Source: a candidate division WS1 bacterium
GTDB taxonomy: Bacteria; Armatimonadota; Zipacnadia; Zipacnadales; UBA5352
Direction of reading: 5' to 3'
NCBI GenBank assembly: GCA_003566775.1
Contig: PXBW01000087.1
Coordinates: 1,649 to 65,648, forward strand
DNA: 64,000 nucleotides
The notes beneath the pieces are model-generated. The model did no database searches. It saw only the letters and a list, made by a program, of their open reading frames with translations, and had not been told where the DNA came from. Each line of letters begins with the position of its first letter. The first letter of the stretch is position 1. Below are positions 25,578 to 34,809 of this stretch, piece after piece. The position numbers and the translations under genes were made by a program.

Positions 25578-27935
25578 TCACCCTTCCGGGTCGCGGGCGA
25601 GGAGGCCCACCGTCTCCGGGCAGCCATACATCGTGCTCGTCCATGTCTTCCCGAAGCCCTGGGTGATGTTGACCTCCAGCAAGCCGCCGAACTTCTGCTC
25701 CCACGCCTTGCGCAAAATCCGCAGGTGATCCGGGTTCTCGCCGAAGCGCACCCCGTTCACATGCGCCATCATCGTCACTCCCGGCTGGCTGACGCCCCGC
25801 AGCGCCGTCCCCGGGCATGACGTGTAGCTCCACCCGCTCCACTGGTCATACCACGTGTCCACGTCGAGGAAGGTCACCGCGCGGTCGATGCTCTCAGGCA
25901 GACGCTCGTCGCCGGATAGCTGGTAGTACCGCGCCAGCCCGTTGATCAGCACTGCGGTGATGAAGCCCGCCATCCCTGTGTGGCGCTCGGTCTCGCAGAT
26001 GCAATGATCCGGGGCCATCGGGTAGATCAACCAGCCGCCGCAGACCGGGTCCTGATCGGCCATCGCGTCCTCTGCCAGCGTACGCATCGCGCTCAGGTAG
26101 CGCTCATCGAGGCCCAGTTCATACGCGCCGCCCAGCGCCAGCATCGTCCAGCCGGTCACTCGGCCGCAGTGCGTGGTGCCCATGAACTGATACCTGCGAT
26201 CCTCCACCAGCCGCGCGAGGTTGTCGCCGATCATCTCGACGCCCTCGCGCATGAACGCGTCACCGGTGAGGAAGTGATGGCGCATCATGCCCTGGGTGAA
26301 GACATGCCCCAGATTAGTCGGCCCGAGGCACAGGTAGGGGCTGGGCGGGCGGCCGATCTCGTGCTCGATGAAGATCTCACGCACCGTCTCGGTCTCCACC
26401 AGCCCGCTCACGTGGCCAATGGTATGCTGATGCACCATTCCCGCGCGGTAGGGGAATGCAGGCTCTTCGCCCTCCTCGCCGCGCTTTGGGCCGCCGGTGG
26501 TGTCGCAGAAGTGATCCCACAGATCGTCATTCACATGATGGACAGTGTCTACCTCGAGATGGTGCCGGGCGGCGGCGTCCGCGGCGTAGAAGTAGCGCGG
26601 GTCGCCGGTGCGCGCGAACTGGATCAGAAGCTGGTTCGGTGTGTCATACTCCATGTTGCCCCAGTTGACCCGTCGCTCACCGTACCAGTCGCCCCAGTTC
26701 ATCTCCCCGTAATCGCGCTGCTCTTCGATCGAGTTGTCGAACGCCTCAAAGAGCCGCTCGGCCCATGCGTCATACTCCTCGGTCTCGGGGGTATCCGCCG
26801 GCATGATCTCATCCCAGACGCCGCTCTCGATTGCCTGCGCCGGGTCGGCGATGGGGATAAGCGGCGTGTCGATGGCGCGGGCGAGGGCGTCTCCGTCACC
26901 CGCAAGGTCCATCCAGAACTCCCAGCGCCGGGCCTGTCCGGTGCGCAGGCGATAGTGTCCGTCGCCGAAGAAGTACTGGTACTTCCACCATGGCTCCATC
27001 TGCTCGAAGTCCGCACGGTCGGGCCGAGCGGGAAGCAGCTCAACCGTCGCGCTTTCGCTCTGCATGCCGATCGCCGACGGCCAGCGCCTCCAGAAGTCTT
27101 TCATCGCCAGGGCTATTGTGCCATCGGCAAGGTCGAACTCCATCCATCCCGGCGCGCGCTCGCTGACGCGCTCGGAGCCGAAGCGGTACTCCGCGTCGTT
27201 AAGTTGGGTCAGCATGCCCTGATTCCCCGCCGCACCCTCGATCTCAGGCGTGCCTCCGATGCGCCATGCGGATGTATCGCCATCGGGCCTCATTCGGAAC
27301 GCGATGCCGCCCAGTTCCTGCACAATCCCCTCGTCGCAGTCCATGATAATCATCGGCTCAATGCGGACACAGCTAAGCCCCGCGAAGATGGATACGCGCA
27401 TCCGGAGGCTGAACCAGCGGTCACCGCCGGGCCGGTGAATGTCGCCGCGAAGCTCGACGGTGGCGCGCATCGGCCCCTCGGCCAGCACGGTCAGTTCGGC
27501 GCCCTGCATGCTGCAAGCGCGGCCCTCGCCGTCGAGCACGTTCAGTTCGGGGTAGAGCCGACCGTCGATGCTCATGAAGCCCTCGCTGGCGAGGCCGACG
27601 CTGCGATCGCCGCTGGAGATCGTGCGGCCTTCATTGGAGACCTCGCACGCTACCTCCGGTTCGGCGGGTGGCTCATCGCCCCACGTCAGCGTGTAGGCGG
27701 CCTGACCGTCGGCGGGGGGTGCAGCCTGAAAGTCCAGCAGCACCCAGCGGGCCGAGCCATCCTGCCATTGGCCCAGCACCTCGGCCTGCAGCGGGACCTG
27801 CGCGCCGGAATCGTCGGCCAACTGGAAGAACGAACCCTCCGGGGCGGCTCCCTCGCTGATCGGGACGCCGCCGGTGACGGGGCGGATTGTGTCGAGTGAA
27901 CTCATGTCGCGGACGGTAATCCTGAGACTATCCAT
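25578..27935 (-). CDS. Large (785 aa) signal-less putative glycan-active enzyme (N-terminal beta-rich region plus helical-barrel-like C-half); family not identified
   Basis: Long ORF of normal composition with an AAGGAG RBS upstream of the ATG. The N-terminal pattern LGQWQDGSARWVLLDF and the C-terminal aromatic/His-rich helical segment recall exo-lyase/(alpha/alpha)6 enzymes, but I cannot assign a family. Confidence 0.55.
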   Translation of the reverse strand: MDSLRITVRDMSSLDTIRPVTGGVPISEGAAPEGSFFQLADDSGAQVPLQAEVLGQWQDGSARWVLLDFQAAPPADGQAAYTLTWGDEPPAEPEVACEVSNEGRTISSGDRSVGLASEGFMSIDGRLYPELNVLDGEGRACSMQGAELTVLAEGPMRATVELRGDIHRPGGDRWFSLRMRVSIFAGLSCVRIEPMIIMDCDEGIVQELGGIAFRMRPDGDTSAWRIGGTPEIEGAAGNQGMLTQLNDAEYRFGSERVSERAPGWMEFDLADGTIALAMKDFWRRWPSAIGMQSESATVELLPARPDRADFEQMEPWWKYQYFFGDGHYRLRTGQARRWEFWMDLAGDGDALARAIDTPLIPIADPAQAIESGVWDEIMPADTPETEEYDAWAERLFEAFDNSIEEQRDYGEMNWGDWYGERRVNWGNMEYDTPNQLLIQFARTGDPRYFYAADAAARHHLEVDTVHHVNDDLWDHFCDTTGGPKRGEEGEEPAFPYRAGMVHQHTIGHVSGLVETETVREIFIEHEIGRPPSPYLCLGPTNLGHVFTQGMMRHHFLTGDAFMREGVEMIGDNLARLVEDRRYQFMGTTHCGRVTGWTMLALGGAYELGLDERYLSAMRTLAEDAMADQDPVCGGWLIYPMAPDHCICETERHTGMAGFITAVLINGLARYYQLSGDERLPESIDRAVTFLDVDTWYDQWSGWSYTSCPGTALRGVSQPGVTMMAHVNGVRFGENPDHLRILRKAWEQKFGGLLEVNITQGFGKTWTSTMYGCPETVGLLARDPEG

Positions 27936-28345
27936 AATGCACTCCTTACGTCTGATGGCACGGCCATTTTCTCATAACATCTGCCGGTCCATGGCTGCGC
28001 CGCTGCTCATCGAACGTGCGCCGCCGACGTTCATCCGCCGGTCTCGACAGCATCGCTCCAACCGCGAGTTGTCATCAAAGGGATGAACAGGGTCAGCGCG
28101 AAGAGAGGCCCTCGAGAAGATGGCCCGCCGACCTGTGTTCGGAGATAACCGGTTTGTGCTTATCGCTCTTCAGTTCCCTGCTCGACCGACCAGTCCTCCT
28201 TCGTGATCCGACTACGCGAGCGCCGTTTCCGTCCGATTCGCCTGATCAGCGAAGTCGGGGAGAGGTAATGCGCTCATCTGCCTGGGCTGAGAAACGCCCT
28301 CAACAGTTCACAGATTTCGCAGGAGAGACTCGTGCGAAACCGCGG

Positions 28346-28374
28346 TTGACAGCGCGCGCGGGCTTACATAATAT
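28346..28374 (+). promoter_or_regulatory. Sigma-70-type promoter upstream of gcvH
   Basis: TTGACA (28346-28351), a 17-nt spacer, then TAATAT (28369-28374). This AT-rich consensus stands out in GC-rich sequence and lies about 125 nt upstream of the gcvH ATG. Confidence 0.5.
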
Positions 28375-28497
28375 GATGAGCGGCATACGGGACGAATCAT
28401 ACAGCAGCCCGGCAACGGTGCCGATGACGAGTGCCCGGTGATAGTAGATGATACGCGCCCGAATGAGAGTTCGGGCGGATACGCGAGGAGGCGCACG

Positions 28498-28911
28498 ATG
28501 AGTGCCAGTGAGTTGTTGCTCGATGAATCACACATGTGGGTGCGTGTTGAGGATGATGACACGGCTATCATGGGGCTGTCTGACTACGCCCAGGACATGA
28601 TGGGGGAGATAATCTTTGCGGAGTTGCCCGAGGACGGCGCGGCGATCAAGCGAGGTGACGCCTGCGGCACGCTCGAATCAGTGAAGTCCGTGGAGGATCT
28701 GATTGCGCCGGCGTCCGGCGAGATTATCCGGGTGAACGAGGACGCTCTCGATGCCCCGGAACTTATCAATGAGGATCCCTACGGCGACGGCTGGCTGCTC
28801 GAGGTCAAGCTTGAGGATCCCTCGGAACTCTCCAGTCTGATGACCGAGGACGAATATGACGCATTCCTCGACACCCTCGAGGGCGACATTGATAACGACG
28901 ATACCTTCTGA
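28498..28911 (+). CDS. gcvH: Glycine cleavage system / lipoyl-carrier protein H
   Basis: HMWVRVEDDD..., GLSDYAQDMMGEIIF, lipoyl-lysine motif LESVKSVEDL, and DPYGDGWL. ATG 28498 follows GAGGAGG. Confidence 0.9.
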   Translation: MSASELLLDESHMWVRVEDDDTAIMGLSDYAQDMMGEIIFAELPEDGAAIKRGDACGTLESVKSVEDLIAPASGEIIRVNEDALDAPELINEDPYGDGWLLEVKLEDPSELSSLMTEDEYDAFLDTLEGDIDNDDTF

Positions 28912-28938
28912 GTTCCGCTGCCACCGCCGAGACACCCC

Positions 28939-28966
28939 GGGGCCGGCCAGCATCATGGCCGGCCTC
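28939..28966 (+). terminator. GC-rich hairpin between gcvH and lipM-like gene (terminator/attenuator candidate)
   Basis: ggggccggcc-(8 nt)-ggccggcctc followed by ttgatct. The stem is about 10 bp including one G-U pair. Confidence 0.35.
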
Positions 28967-28986
28967 TTGATCTACGAGGTGATTGC

Positions 28987-29823
28987 ATGGATCGCTGGCG
29001 CCTGATCGAGAGCGGCTTCGACAGCGGGCCTGTCAACATGGCGCTGGATGAGGCGATATCTGACGCGGTTACGGCCGGACGGCAACCGCCGACCCTGCGC
29101 CTTTACGGCTGGAAGCCGCCCGCGATCTCACTCGGATACCATCAGGACATTGACGACGGGATCGACCATGACGCTGCGCGCGAGCGCGGTTACGACATCG
29201 TGCGCCGCCCGACCGGAGGAAGAGCGATCCTTCACTCGACCGAACTCACGTACAGCTTCAGCATCCGGCAGGATGAGATTGCCGGAGGCCAGTCGGTGAT
29301 GAAGTCTTACCGCGAGATCTCCCGCGGGATCATTGCCGGACTCGCGCTGATTGGTGCACGGGTTAGCCTCGGACCCGACCAGCAGCGGGCAGATGAAGAG
29401 GATGCATCGACCGACGCGGCACGCGCGATCTGCTTCGCGAAGACTGCACGCTGCGATCTTCAGGCTGCGGGGCGGAAGGTGGTCGGCAGCGCGCAGGTAA
29501 GGCGCGACGGGGGCATACTTCAGCACGGCTCGATCCCGATCGAGATCGATCTCGAGGACCAGATAGCCGTGATGCCGGGCGCTGATGATCGCACCGCGCG
29601 CAGGGTGTTGGCCGGAGCGGCCATGAGCGTGAACGAACTGCTGGGCCGACCGGTCAGCTATAAGGAATTGAGCGAGGCGGTGGCGCGTGGCTTTGCGGAC
29701 ACCTTCGCGGTGACACTCGTTCCTGAAGCGCTTTCCGACGAAGAGCAGGCACATGCGCAGATGCTGCATGATACTAAGTATTCCAGCGCGGAATGGAACG
29801 AGCGCGCTCCCGCGCGCGGTTGA
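28987..29823 (+). CDS. lipM: Octanoyltransferase LipM-like / lipoate-protein ligase family protein
   Basis: BPL/LPL catalytic domain: PTLRLYGWKPPAISLGYHQ, RRPTGGRAILH, an ICF cysteine, and GRKVVGSAQVRRDGGILQHGSI. It is the same length class as Bacillus LipM and lies adjacent to gcvH. Confidence 0.75.
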   Translation: MDRWRLIESGFDSGPVNMALDEAISDAVTAGRQPPTLRLYGWKPPAISLGYHQDIDDGIDHDAARERGYDIVRRPTGGRAILHSTELTYSFSIRQDEIAGGQSVMKSYREISRGIIAGLALIGARVSLGPDQQRADEEDASTDAARAICFAKTARCDLQAAGRKVVGSAQVRRDGGILQHGSIPIEIDLEDQIAVMPGADDRTARRVLAGAAMSVNELLGRPVSYKELSEAVARGFADTFAVTLVPEALSDEEQAHAQMLHDTKYSSAEWNERAPARG

Positions 29824-29894
29824 GCGCCGGATCTTCGAGCCAGTGAGACTGACCCCAACCGCGACGTGCCCGTACGCGCATTCCCGCGTTCCGT

Positions 29895-30875
29895 TCAGCC
29901 CAGCGGCACCTCGGTAACGGTGCGCAGGCCCGGTCGAGCCATGGTAAGCGGACGCATGAAGTTGATGATGGCCCCGGCGGTCGCGATGTCGCCGTGGATT
30001 CCGCAGGGGACAACTACGTTGAGCGATGGTTCCCCGTCAACCCGCACCCGGTCGCTATCCTCTGCATCCAGAGCCATCAGCAACTCAAGGCTCACCGCGC
30101 CCATAGTCAACTTCTGATGCTGCCCTCGCACCTCTCCTGCGGCGACTTCGAGATAATCGGTCGAGATCGCCTCCTCGGCGACCAGCGGCTCGATGCTCTC
30201 TTCGTAATCCTCCCATTGCCAGCCGAGCGAGTCGGCAAGCAGGGCTGCGGATTCAGCGAGGCCGACGTGTCCGATTCTGCCCTCTCGGGCGAGCGCGTCG
30301 AACTCCTCCGGGGTCATCGAGCAGCCTATCTTCTCCTGCAGTTGTCGACGGCGGCGGGAGGCGTCAACGGAGCGGCTCACCTCGACCGCGTCCACGCGAC
30401 AACATACGCGGGTCGTCATATAGGGAAACAGGTCGAGCACGAAGCCCGGATTGACCCCTGCAGCGAGGAGCGCCGCACGATTCTCGACCGCCACGGCGTC
30501 GAGGCGGTCCGCTGCCTCAGGAGACCGCAGCCAGGGAAAGACGAGTTCCTCGCAGGTGGAGATGCAGGAGAGGCCACGTGCAAGAAGTGTGTGGAATTGG
30601 TCCTCGATCTGTGCGAGACGTGATCCGGTGCATACAACGGCGATCTCCGCTCCGGCCTTCTCTGCGACATTCAGCGCATCTGCGATGTCATCGTGGACGA
30701 CTATATCGGGCAGAGCATCGTTCCCTGCGATCCGTGGAAGCGACTCCCCGGCGATCTGTGGAGCGATATCTACACAGGCGACGGGATGGCAGATCTCACT
30801 CTCGACCCCGGCGCGTAGTATCCGCAGCCCGATCGGTCCGAGGCCAACGTGGATGGTTCTCAGTGCTTCACTCAT
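29895..30875 (-). CDS. NAD(P)H-dependent amine dehydrogenase family / DapB-like oxidoreductase (2,4-diaminopentanoate dehydrogenase-like)
   Basis: N-terminal Rossmann fold IHVGLGPIGLRIL, then GVNPGFVLD, GHVGLAESAALLADSLGW and GIHGDIATAGAIINF segments typical of this family as I remember it. ATG 30875 follows GAGGGA. Confidence 0.65.
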   Translation of the reverse strand: MSEALRTIHVGLGPIGLRILRAGVESEICHPVACVDIAPQIAGESLPRIAGNDALPDIVVHDDIADALNVAEKAGAEIAVVCTGSRLAQIEDQFHTLLARGLSCISTCEELVFPWLRSPEAADRLDAVAVENRAALLAAGVNPGFVLDLFPYMTTRVCCRVDAVEVSRSVDASRRRRQLQEKIGCSMTPEEFDALAREGRIGHVGLAESAALLADSLGWQWEDYEESIEPLVAEEAISTDYLEVAAGEVRGQHQKLTMGAVSLELLMALDAEDSDRVRVDGEPSLNVVVPCGIHGDIATAGAIINFMRPLTMARPGLRTVTEVPLG

Positions 30876-31096
30876 GGTCGGCTTTCCCTCGCAGTCACGG
30901 CGTGCCATACGAGACGGAGTCTACACCATCATCCGTACCTGGACAACGGCAATCTGAGCATTTCCAGTCGGTCCTCGAGTGCCATTATCATCGGCCGCGC
31001 GCTCAAGGAACCCGTGCAGGATGCTGATAGATTAACTGAGAGATCATGCCACGCGTCCACTCGTAATGCCGGGCGCAGATTCTTCGAGGTGACACC

Positions 31097-31798
31097 ATGC
31101 CGGCAACGGTGCTGCTTGCCACCGATAATCCGGGACGATGCGATGCACTTCGCGAGTCCCTTGACACACTCGGGCTTTCGGTAACAGTCGCGGAAACCGG
31201 GGCGGAGATACTGCAACTCCATGACCGACTGTCGCCCCGTCTGATCCTACTGGCCACGGATATTCCCGACATTCATGCTTTTGATGTGTGTAGACGCCTG
31301 CGACGCGACAGTGACGTTCCGGTGATTGTGATCGGCGATAACCCCAGCGACTTCGACAGCATCCTCGCACTTGAGCTTGGCGCTGACGACTTCATCGCAC
31401 GGGACTGTATGTATGAGGAAGTCAATGAGCGTATCCGGGCGGCCCTGCGACGTGGAGCAGGCATGCGCCTCGGAGAGGAGGCCGGGGACAGTCTGGATTT
31501 CGGCGAGATTGTGATAGATCGGCGAGCGCACAGGATGATTGTGCGGGGCGAAGTGCAGGAGCTTACACCAACTGAACTCGACCTCATCTGGGCACTCGCG
31601 GAGAACGCGGGCGAGGTAATCTCCTCCGACGATCTGCTTGCGAGTGTCTGGGGCTATCCGGAGGGTATCAGGACAAGGACGCTCGATGTACATGTAAGTC
31701 GGCTTCGACGCAAGCTCGGTGAGCGGGGGCGCAATGCCCGGCATATCATCACGGTGCGTGGCATAGGTTATCGCTTCGAGCCTCACCCGACCGAGTGA
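31097..31798 (+). CDS. OmpR/PhoB-family response regulator (orphan, no adjacent kinase)
   Basis: REC domain (VLLATDN...LILLATDIPD...PVIVIG) plus a winged-helix output (LTPTELDLIWAL...RTLDVHVSRLRRKL...ITVRGIGYRF). Confidence 0.9.
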   Translation: MPATVLLATDNPGRCDALRESLDTLGLSVTVAETGAEILQLHDRLSPRLILLATDIPDIHAFDVCRRLRRDSDVPVIVIGDNPSDFDSILALELGADDFIARDCMYEEVNERIRAALRRGAGMRLGEEAGDSLDFGEIVIDRRAHRMIVRGEVQELTPTELDLIWALAENAGEVISSDDLLASVWGYPEGIRTRTLDVHVSRLRRKLGERGRNARHIITVRGIGYRFEPHPTE

Positions 31799-32025
31799 AG
31801 AAGCATTACTCAACCGAACAGGCGCGGCGGCATGCCCTCTGCTGGCGTGAGTGCCGGGACCACAGTTCCTGTGGGTATCCTCTGCCGGTTCCCAATGAAC
31901 CGGCTGCTCTTCTCCAGAGATAGGCGCGAGATCACCGGAGGCCTGGACCGATGCACGGCTCATAGTGCTCTCCCCTGGCCCAACCGGCTGCTGTGATCCT
32001 GCCTCTATGTGTCACTTCTCTCCCC

Positions 32026-32054
32026 TCGACAATCCGGCGTGGGCGGTGTATCAT
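32026..32054 (+). promoter_or_regulatory. Candidate sigma-70 promoter upstream of gatB
   Basis: TCGACA, 17 nt, then TATCAT, about 95 nt upstream of the gatB start. Confidence 0.3.
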
Positions 32055-32150
32055 ATGCGCGATGAGGGTGGATGACAGCATTGCAAGTCGCGCTTACTCA
32101 AGCATTTATCGTCGCGCGAGTCGCTTTCTTTACCGCTGTGAAGGTGATAG

Positions 32151-33587
32151 ATGATGGCTATGGAGCCGATGATCGGACTCGAGGTCCACGTTCAGCTTAA
32201 CACCGACTCAAAGATGTTCTGCGCATGCTCGACGCAGTTCGGCGCCGAGCCTAACTCGAACGTATGCCCGACCTGTCTCGGCCTGCCCGGATCGCTCCCG
32301 GTACCCAACCGCAGGGCGGTGGAATACGTGATACGCACCGGTGCAGCGCTCAACTGCAGCACGGCAGAGAGATGCCGCTTCGCTCGTAAGAACTACTTCT
32401 ATCCCGACCTGACAAAGAACTACCAGATATCGCAGCACGATGAGCCGCTTACCTTCGATGGCAGCCTCGATCTGAGTGTTGATGGAGAGCAGAAGCGTAT
32501 TCGTATCCGGCGCGCCCATCTCGAGGAGGATACCGGTAAGAACACGCACCTCCCGTCCGGCTCCACGCTGGTCGAGTACAATCGCGGCGGCATCCCGCTG
32601 ATGGAGATCGTGACCGAGCCTGATTTCACCACCGCCGAGCAGTGCCGCGAGTACCTGGTGCAACTTCGGCTGATACTGCGCTGCATCGGCGTATCCACCG
32701 CCAACATGGAAGAGGGCGCGATGCGTGCCGAGCCAACGGTGAATCTCAACGACCGCGACACCGGTGAAGCAACGCCGAAAGCCGAGATCAAGAACCTCAA
32801 CTCCATTCGAGCGGTGTACGAAGCGGTGAAATATGAGATCGAGCGGCAGAGGAAGGCGGTCACCGAAGGTCGCGAGGAGGAGCTTTTCCAGCAGACGAGG
32901 CGTTGGGACGAGAACAAGAGTATAACCGCACTCATGAGGCGCAAGGAGAGCGCCGACGACTATATGTATTTCACGGAGCCGGACCTCGTCCCGCTGGAGC
33001 CGGACCCGGAGTGGGTGGAGGGTATCTACGCGAGTTGCCCGGAGCTTCCAGCGGATCGCAGCCTGCGGTTCCTCGAGCAATATGACATCCCCGAGTACGA
33101 TGCGGACGTGCTGATTGAGAGCCGTGAGCTCGCCGACTTCTTCGAGGCTACCTGTGAGCGCTTCACTGGGGCCGCCAAGACTGTCAGCAACTGGGTGATG
33201 GGCGACCTGATGGGCCTGCTCAATGAGGCCGATGTCAGCATCGAGGACAGTCCTGTCTCATGCGAGGGACTGGCTGATCTGCTGGAACTGATCGAGGAGG
33301 ATGTGATCTCGGGCAAGATCGCCAAGGACGTGCTGGAGAAGATGTTTGCAACTGGGAGAACGCCGCGCGAGATCGTGGAAGAGGAGGGACTCGAGCAGAT
33401 CTCAGATACCGGCGCTCTGGAGGGCGTGATCGACGAGGTGATCGCGGAGAACCCGGGCCCCGTGGAAGATGTCCGTGGTGGCAAGGATAAAGCGATCGGC
33501 TTCCTCGTCGGACAGGTCATGCAGAAGACGCAGGGTCAGGCGAACCCGCAGATGGTCAACGAGATGCTCCGGGAAAGGCTTGGATGA
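32151..33587 (+). CDS. gatB: Asp/Glu-tRNA(Asn/Gln) amidotransferase subunit B
   Basis: IGLEVHVQLNT, CPTCLGLPGSLPVPN, a YFYPDL segment, and a C-terminal YqeY-like tail (GKDKAIGFLVGQVMQKTQGQANPQMV). Confidence 0.95.
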   Translation: MMAMEPMIGLEVHVQLNTDSKMFCACSTQFGAEPNSNVCPTCLGLPGSLPVPNRRAVEYVIRTGAALNCSTAERCRFARKNYFYPDLTKNYQISQHDEPLTFDGSLDLSVDGEQKRIRIRRAHLEEDTGKNTHLPSGSTLVEYNRGGIPLMEIVTEPDFTTAEQCREYLVQLRLILRCIGVSTANMEEGAMRAEPTVNLNDRDTGEATPKAEIKNLNSIRAVYEAVKYEIERQRKAVTEGREEELFQQTRRWDENKSITALMRRKESADDYMYFTEPDLVPLEPDPEWVEGIYASCPELPADRSLRFLEQYDIPEYDADVLIESRELADFFEATCERFTGAAKTVSNWVMGDLMGLLNEADVSIEDSPVSCEGLADLLELIEEDVISGKIAKDVLEKMFATGRTPREIVEEEGLEQISDTGALEGVIDEVIAENPGPVEDVRGGKDKAIGFLVGQVMQKTQGQANPQMVNEMLRERLG

Positions 33588-33772
33588 GGGAAGCTGTCGG
33601 CCATACCGCGACGGGCCACGCGGCCGGAAGAGGCCGTGGGTAGCGCAGGAGGATCATCCTCATGCATTCGCGGCCAATTGATGCAGTAGGACCGGCTCGC
33701 CTCAGTTCGGCGTACACACTGCGCGAGGGAGGGTGTCTCCACAAGGATCTCCGGTTTGCTGAACGAGACGAG

Positions 33773-34093
33773 ATGATCGAGGAGATCAAGCAGTTCATAC
33801 ATCGGGCGAACACCCGGGAGGGCATCGTGTATGGATCGCGCCCACGGAGCGAACGTCTTCATACCAGCGGCGTAGATCTGATGCTGATCTCGTCGCGCTT
33901 TGAAGAGGCACTACCCCCTCGATGCCTGGCGCAACTGCATGAAGCACGGAATGCTTCACTGCACTTCCTGGAGGTTACGGCGCACACTTCCGAAGCGCTC
34001 GAGCGGGCGCAGTATAGCCTCGAGATTGACAGGATGGCCGTTGCAGAGGGTAATCGCATCAACGTTGACTGCGTCTCGGACGGGGACAGCTGA
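33773..34093 (+). CDS. Minimal nucleotidyltransferase (MNT) domain protein, paralog 1, degenerate catalytic motif
   Basis: MIEEIKQFIHRANTREGIVYGSRPRSERLHTSGVDLMLIS aligns with the downstream MNT (LIEEIRRFMHRIGVRDAIFFGSRERGDEHPHSDLNLVLL). The GS motif is present, and the DxD position reads G-V-D. The start is chosen by paralog alignment; the ORF track begins at 33662. Confidence 0.6.
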   Translation: MIEEIKQFIHRANTREGIVYGSRPRSERLHTSGVDLMLISSRFEEALPPRCLAQLHEARNASLHFLEVTAHTSEALERAQYSLEIDRMAVAEGNRINVDCVSDGDS

Positions 34094-34096
34094 GCG

Positions 34097-34495
34097 ATGC
34101 CTTCAGTGCGCGAGCAGTCATGGATCGAAGACGCGCGTATCGAGCTTGAAGCCGCCAGGCTTCTGTCACAGGACCTGATCCCCAACCTTGCCATATTCCA
34201 CGCGCGCCAGTCGATTGAGAAGCTCCTCAAGTGCGGCTATCCTGTCCTGCTGGACGAGCCGATGCCCCGCGAGCACTCTCTGCCGGCAATGGTTCATGAT
34301 CTCTTCGGGAGGATACCCGAGAGCATCTGGACAATCATCAAACGGCTGAACCCTTTCTACATGTCCACGCGCTACGTGGATGCCGCGGGTGGCCCGCCCT
34401 CCCAGTTGTTCGGACCGGAGGACGCCGAGGAAGCGGTAGAGATGGCACAGGAGGCCTTCGAGTGGATCGAAGCGCAATACCACGAGAGAAGCTGA
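34097..34495 (+). CDS. HEPN domain protein (classical PF05168-like, MNT-associated)
   Basis: WIEDARIELEAARLL...AIFHARQSIEKLLKCG...HSLPAMV...LNPFYMSTRY matches the HEPN helical pattern (EK..K, H.L, RY). No canonical Rx4-6H RNase motif is seen. Confidence 0.7.
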   Translation: MPSVREQSWIEDARIELEAARLLSQDLIPNLAIFHARQSIEKLLKCGYPVLLDEPMPREHSLPAMVHDLFGRIPESIWTIIKRLNPFYMSTRYVDAAGGPPSQLFGPEDAEEAVEMAQEAFEWIEAQYHERS

Positions 34496-34809
34496 TAGAG
34501 GAGATCAGGCGGTTCATGCACCGGATCGGTGTGCGGGACGCGATCTTCTTCGGCTCGCGCGAGCGCGGTGATGAGCATCCACACTCGGACCTGAACCTCG
34601 TGCTGCTCGATGAGCGTTTTACGGATCGCCGGCTGAGCAGATTGTTGTCGGAGCTTCAACGGGCCTGGAAGATGGACGTGCAGATCGAGATGCTGCCCTG
34701 TTCGCCGGATGAGTTCGAGGAGATGCAGGGCTGGAACTCACTGGCGCGCGAGGCCGCTGAGCGCGGCCTGCGCATACACATTGATATGAGCGACGATGAG
34801 GAGACATAG
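34462..34809 (+). CDS. Minimal nucleotidyltransferase (MNT) domain protein, paralog 2
   Basis: FFGSRERGDEHPHSDLNLVLL is an NTase fold hG[GS]...D-x-[DE] with the second carboxylate replaced by Asn. The GTG start overlaps the HEPN gene end by 34 nt. The gene ends TAG TGA TGA. Confidence 0.7.
   Translation: MDRSAIPREKLIEEIRRFMHRIGVRDAIFFGSRERGDEHPHSDLNLVLLDERFTDRRLSRLLSELQRAWKMDVQIEMLPCSPDEFEEMQGWNSLAREAAERGLRIHIDMSDDEET

Noticed and set aside
25980-27899. 639-aa plus-strand ORF
   Set aside because: It is entirely antisense to the 785-aa gene at 25578-27935. Its composition is biased (Ala/Arg/Gly/Leu/His) with no RBS or motif.
28375-28497. Glycine riboswitch upstream of gcvH
   Set aside because: I could not find the conserved aptamer elements (GGAGAG ... 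ACCGAAGGGGCAA-type cores, tandem aptamers). The leader is also too short for the tandem form. It is kept only as an unclassified leader.
31097-31140. Unusual T-D instead of D-D/E-D acidic pair in beta-1 of both receiver domains (LLATDN here, LMVTDR at about 24170)
   Set aside because: The phospho-acceptor Asp and the rest of the fold appear intact. The first acidic position is known to vary, so this is not enough to call pseudo-receivers.
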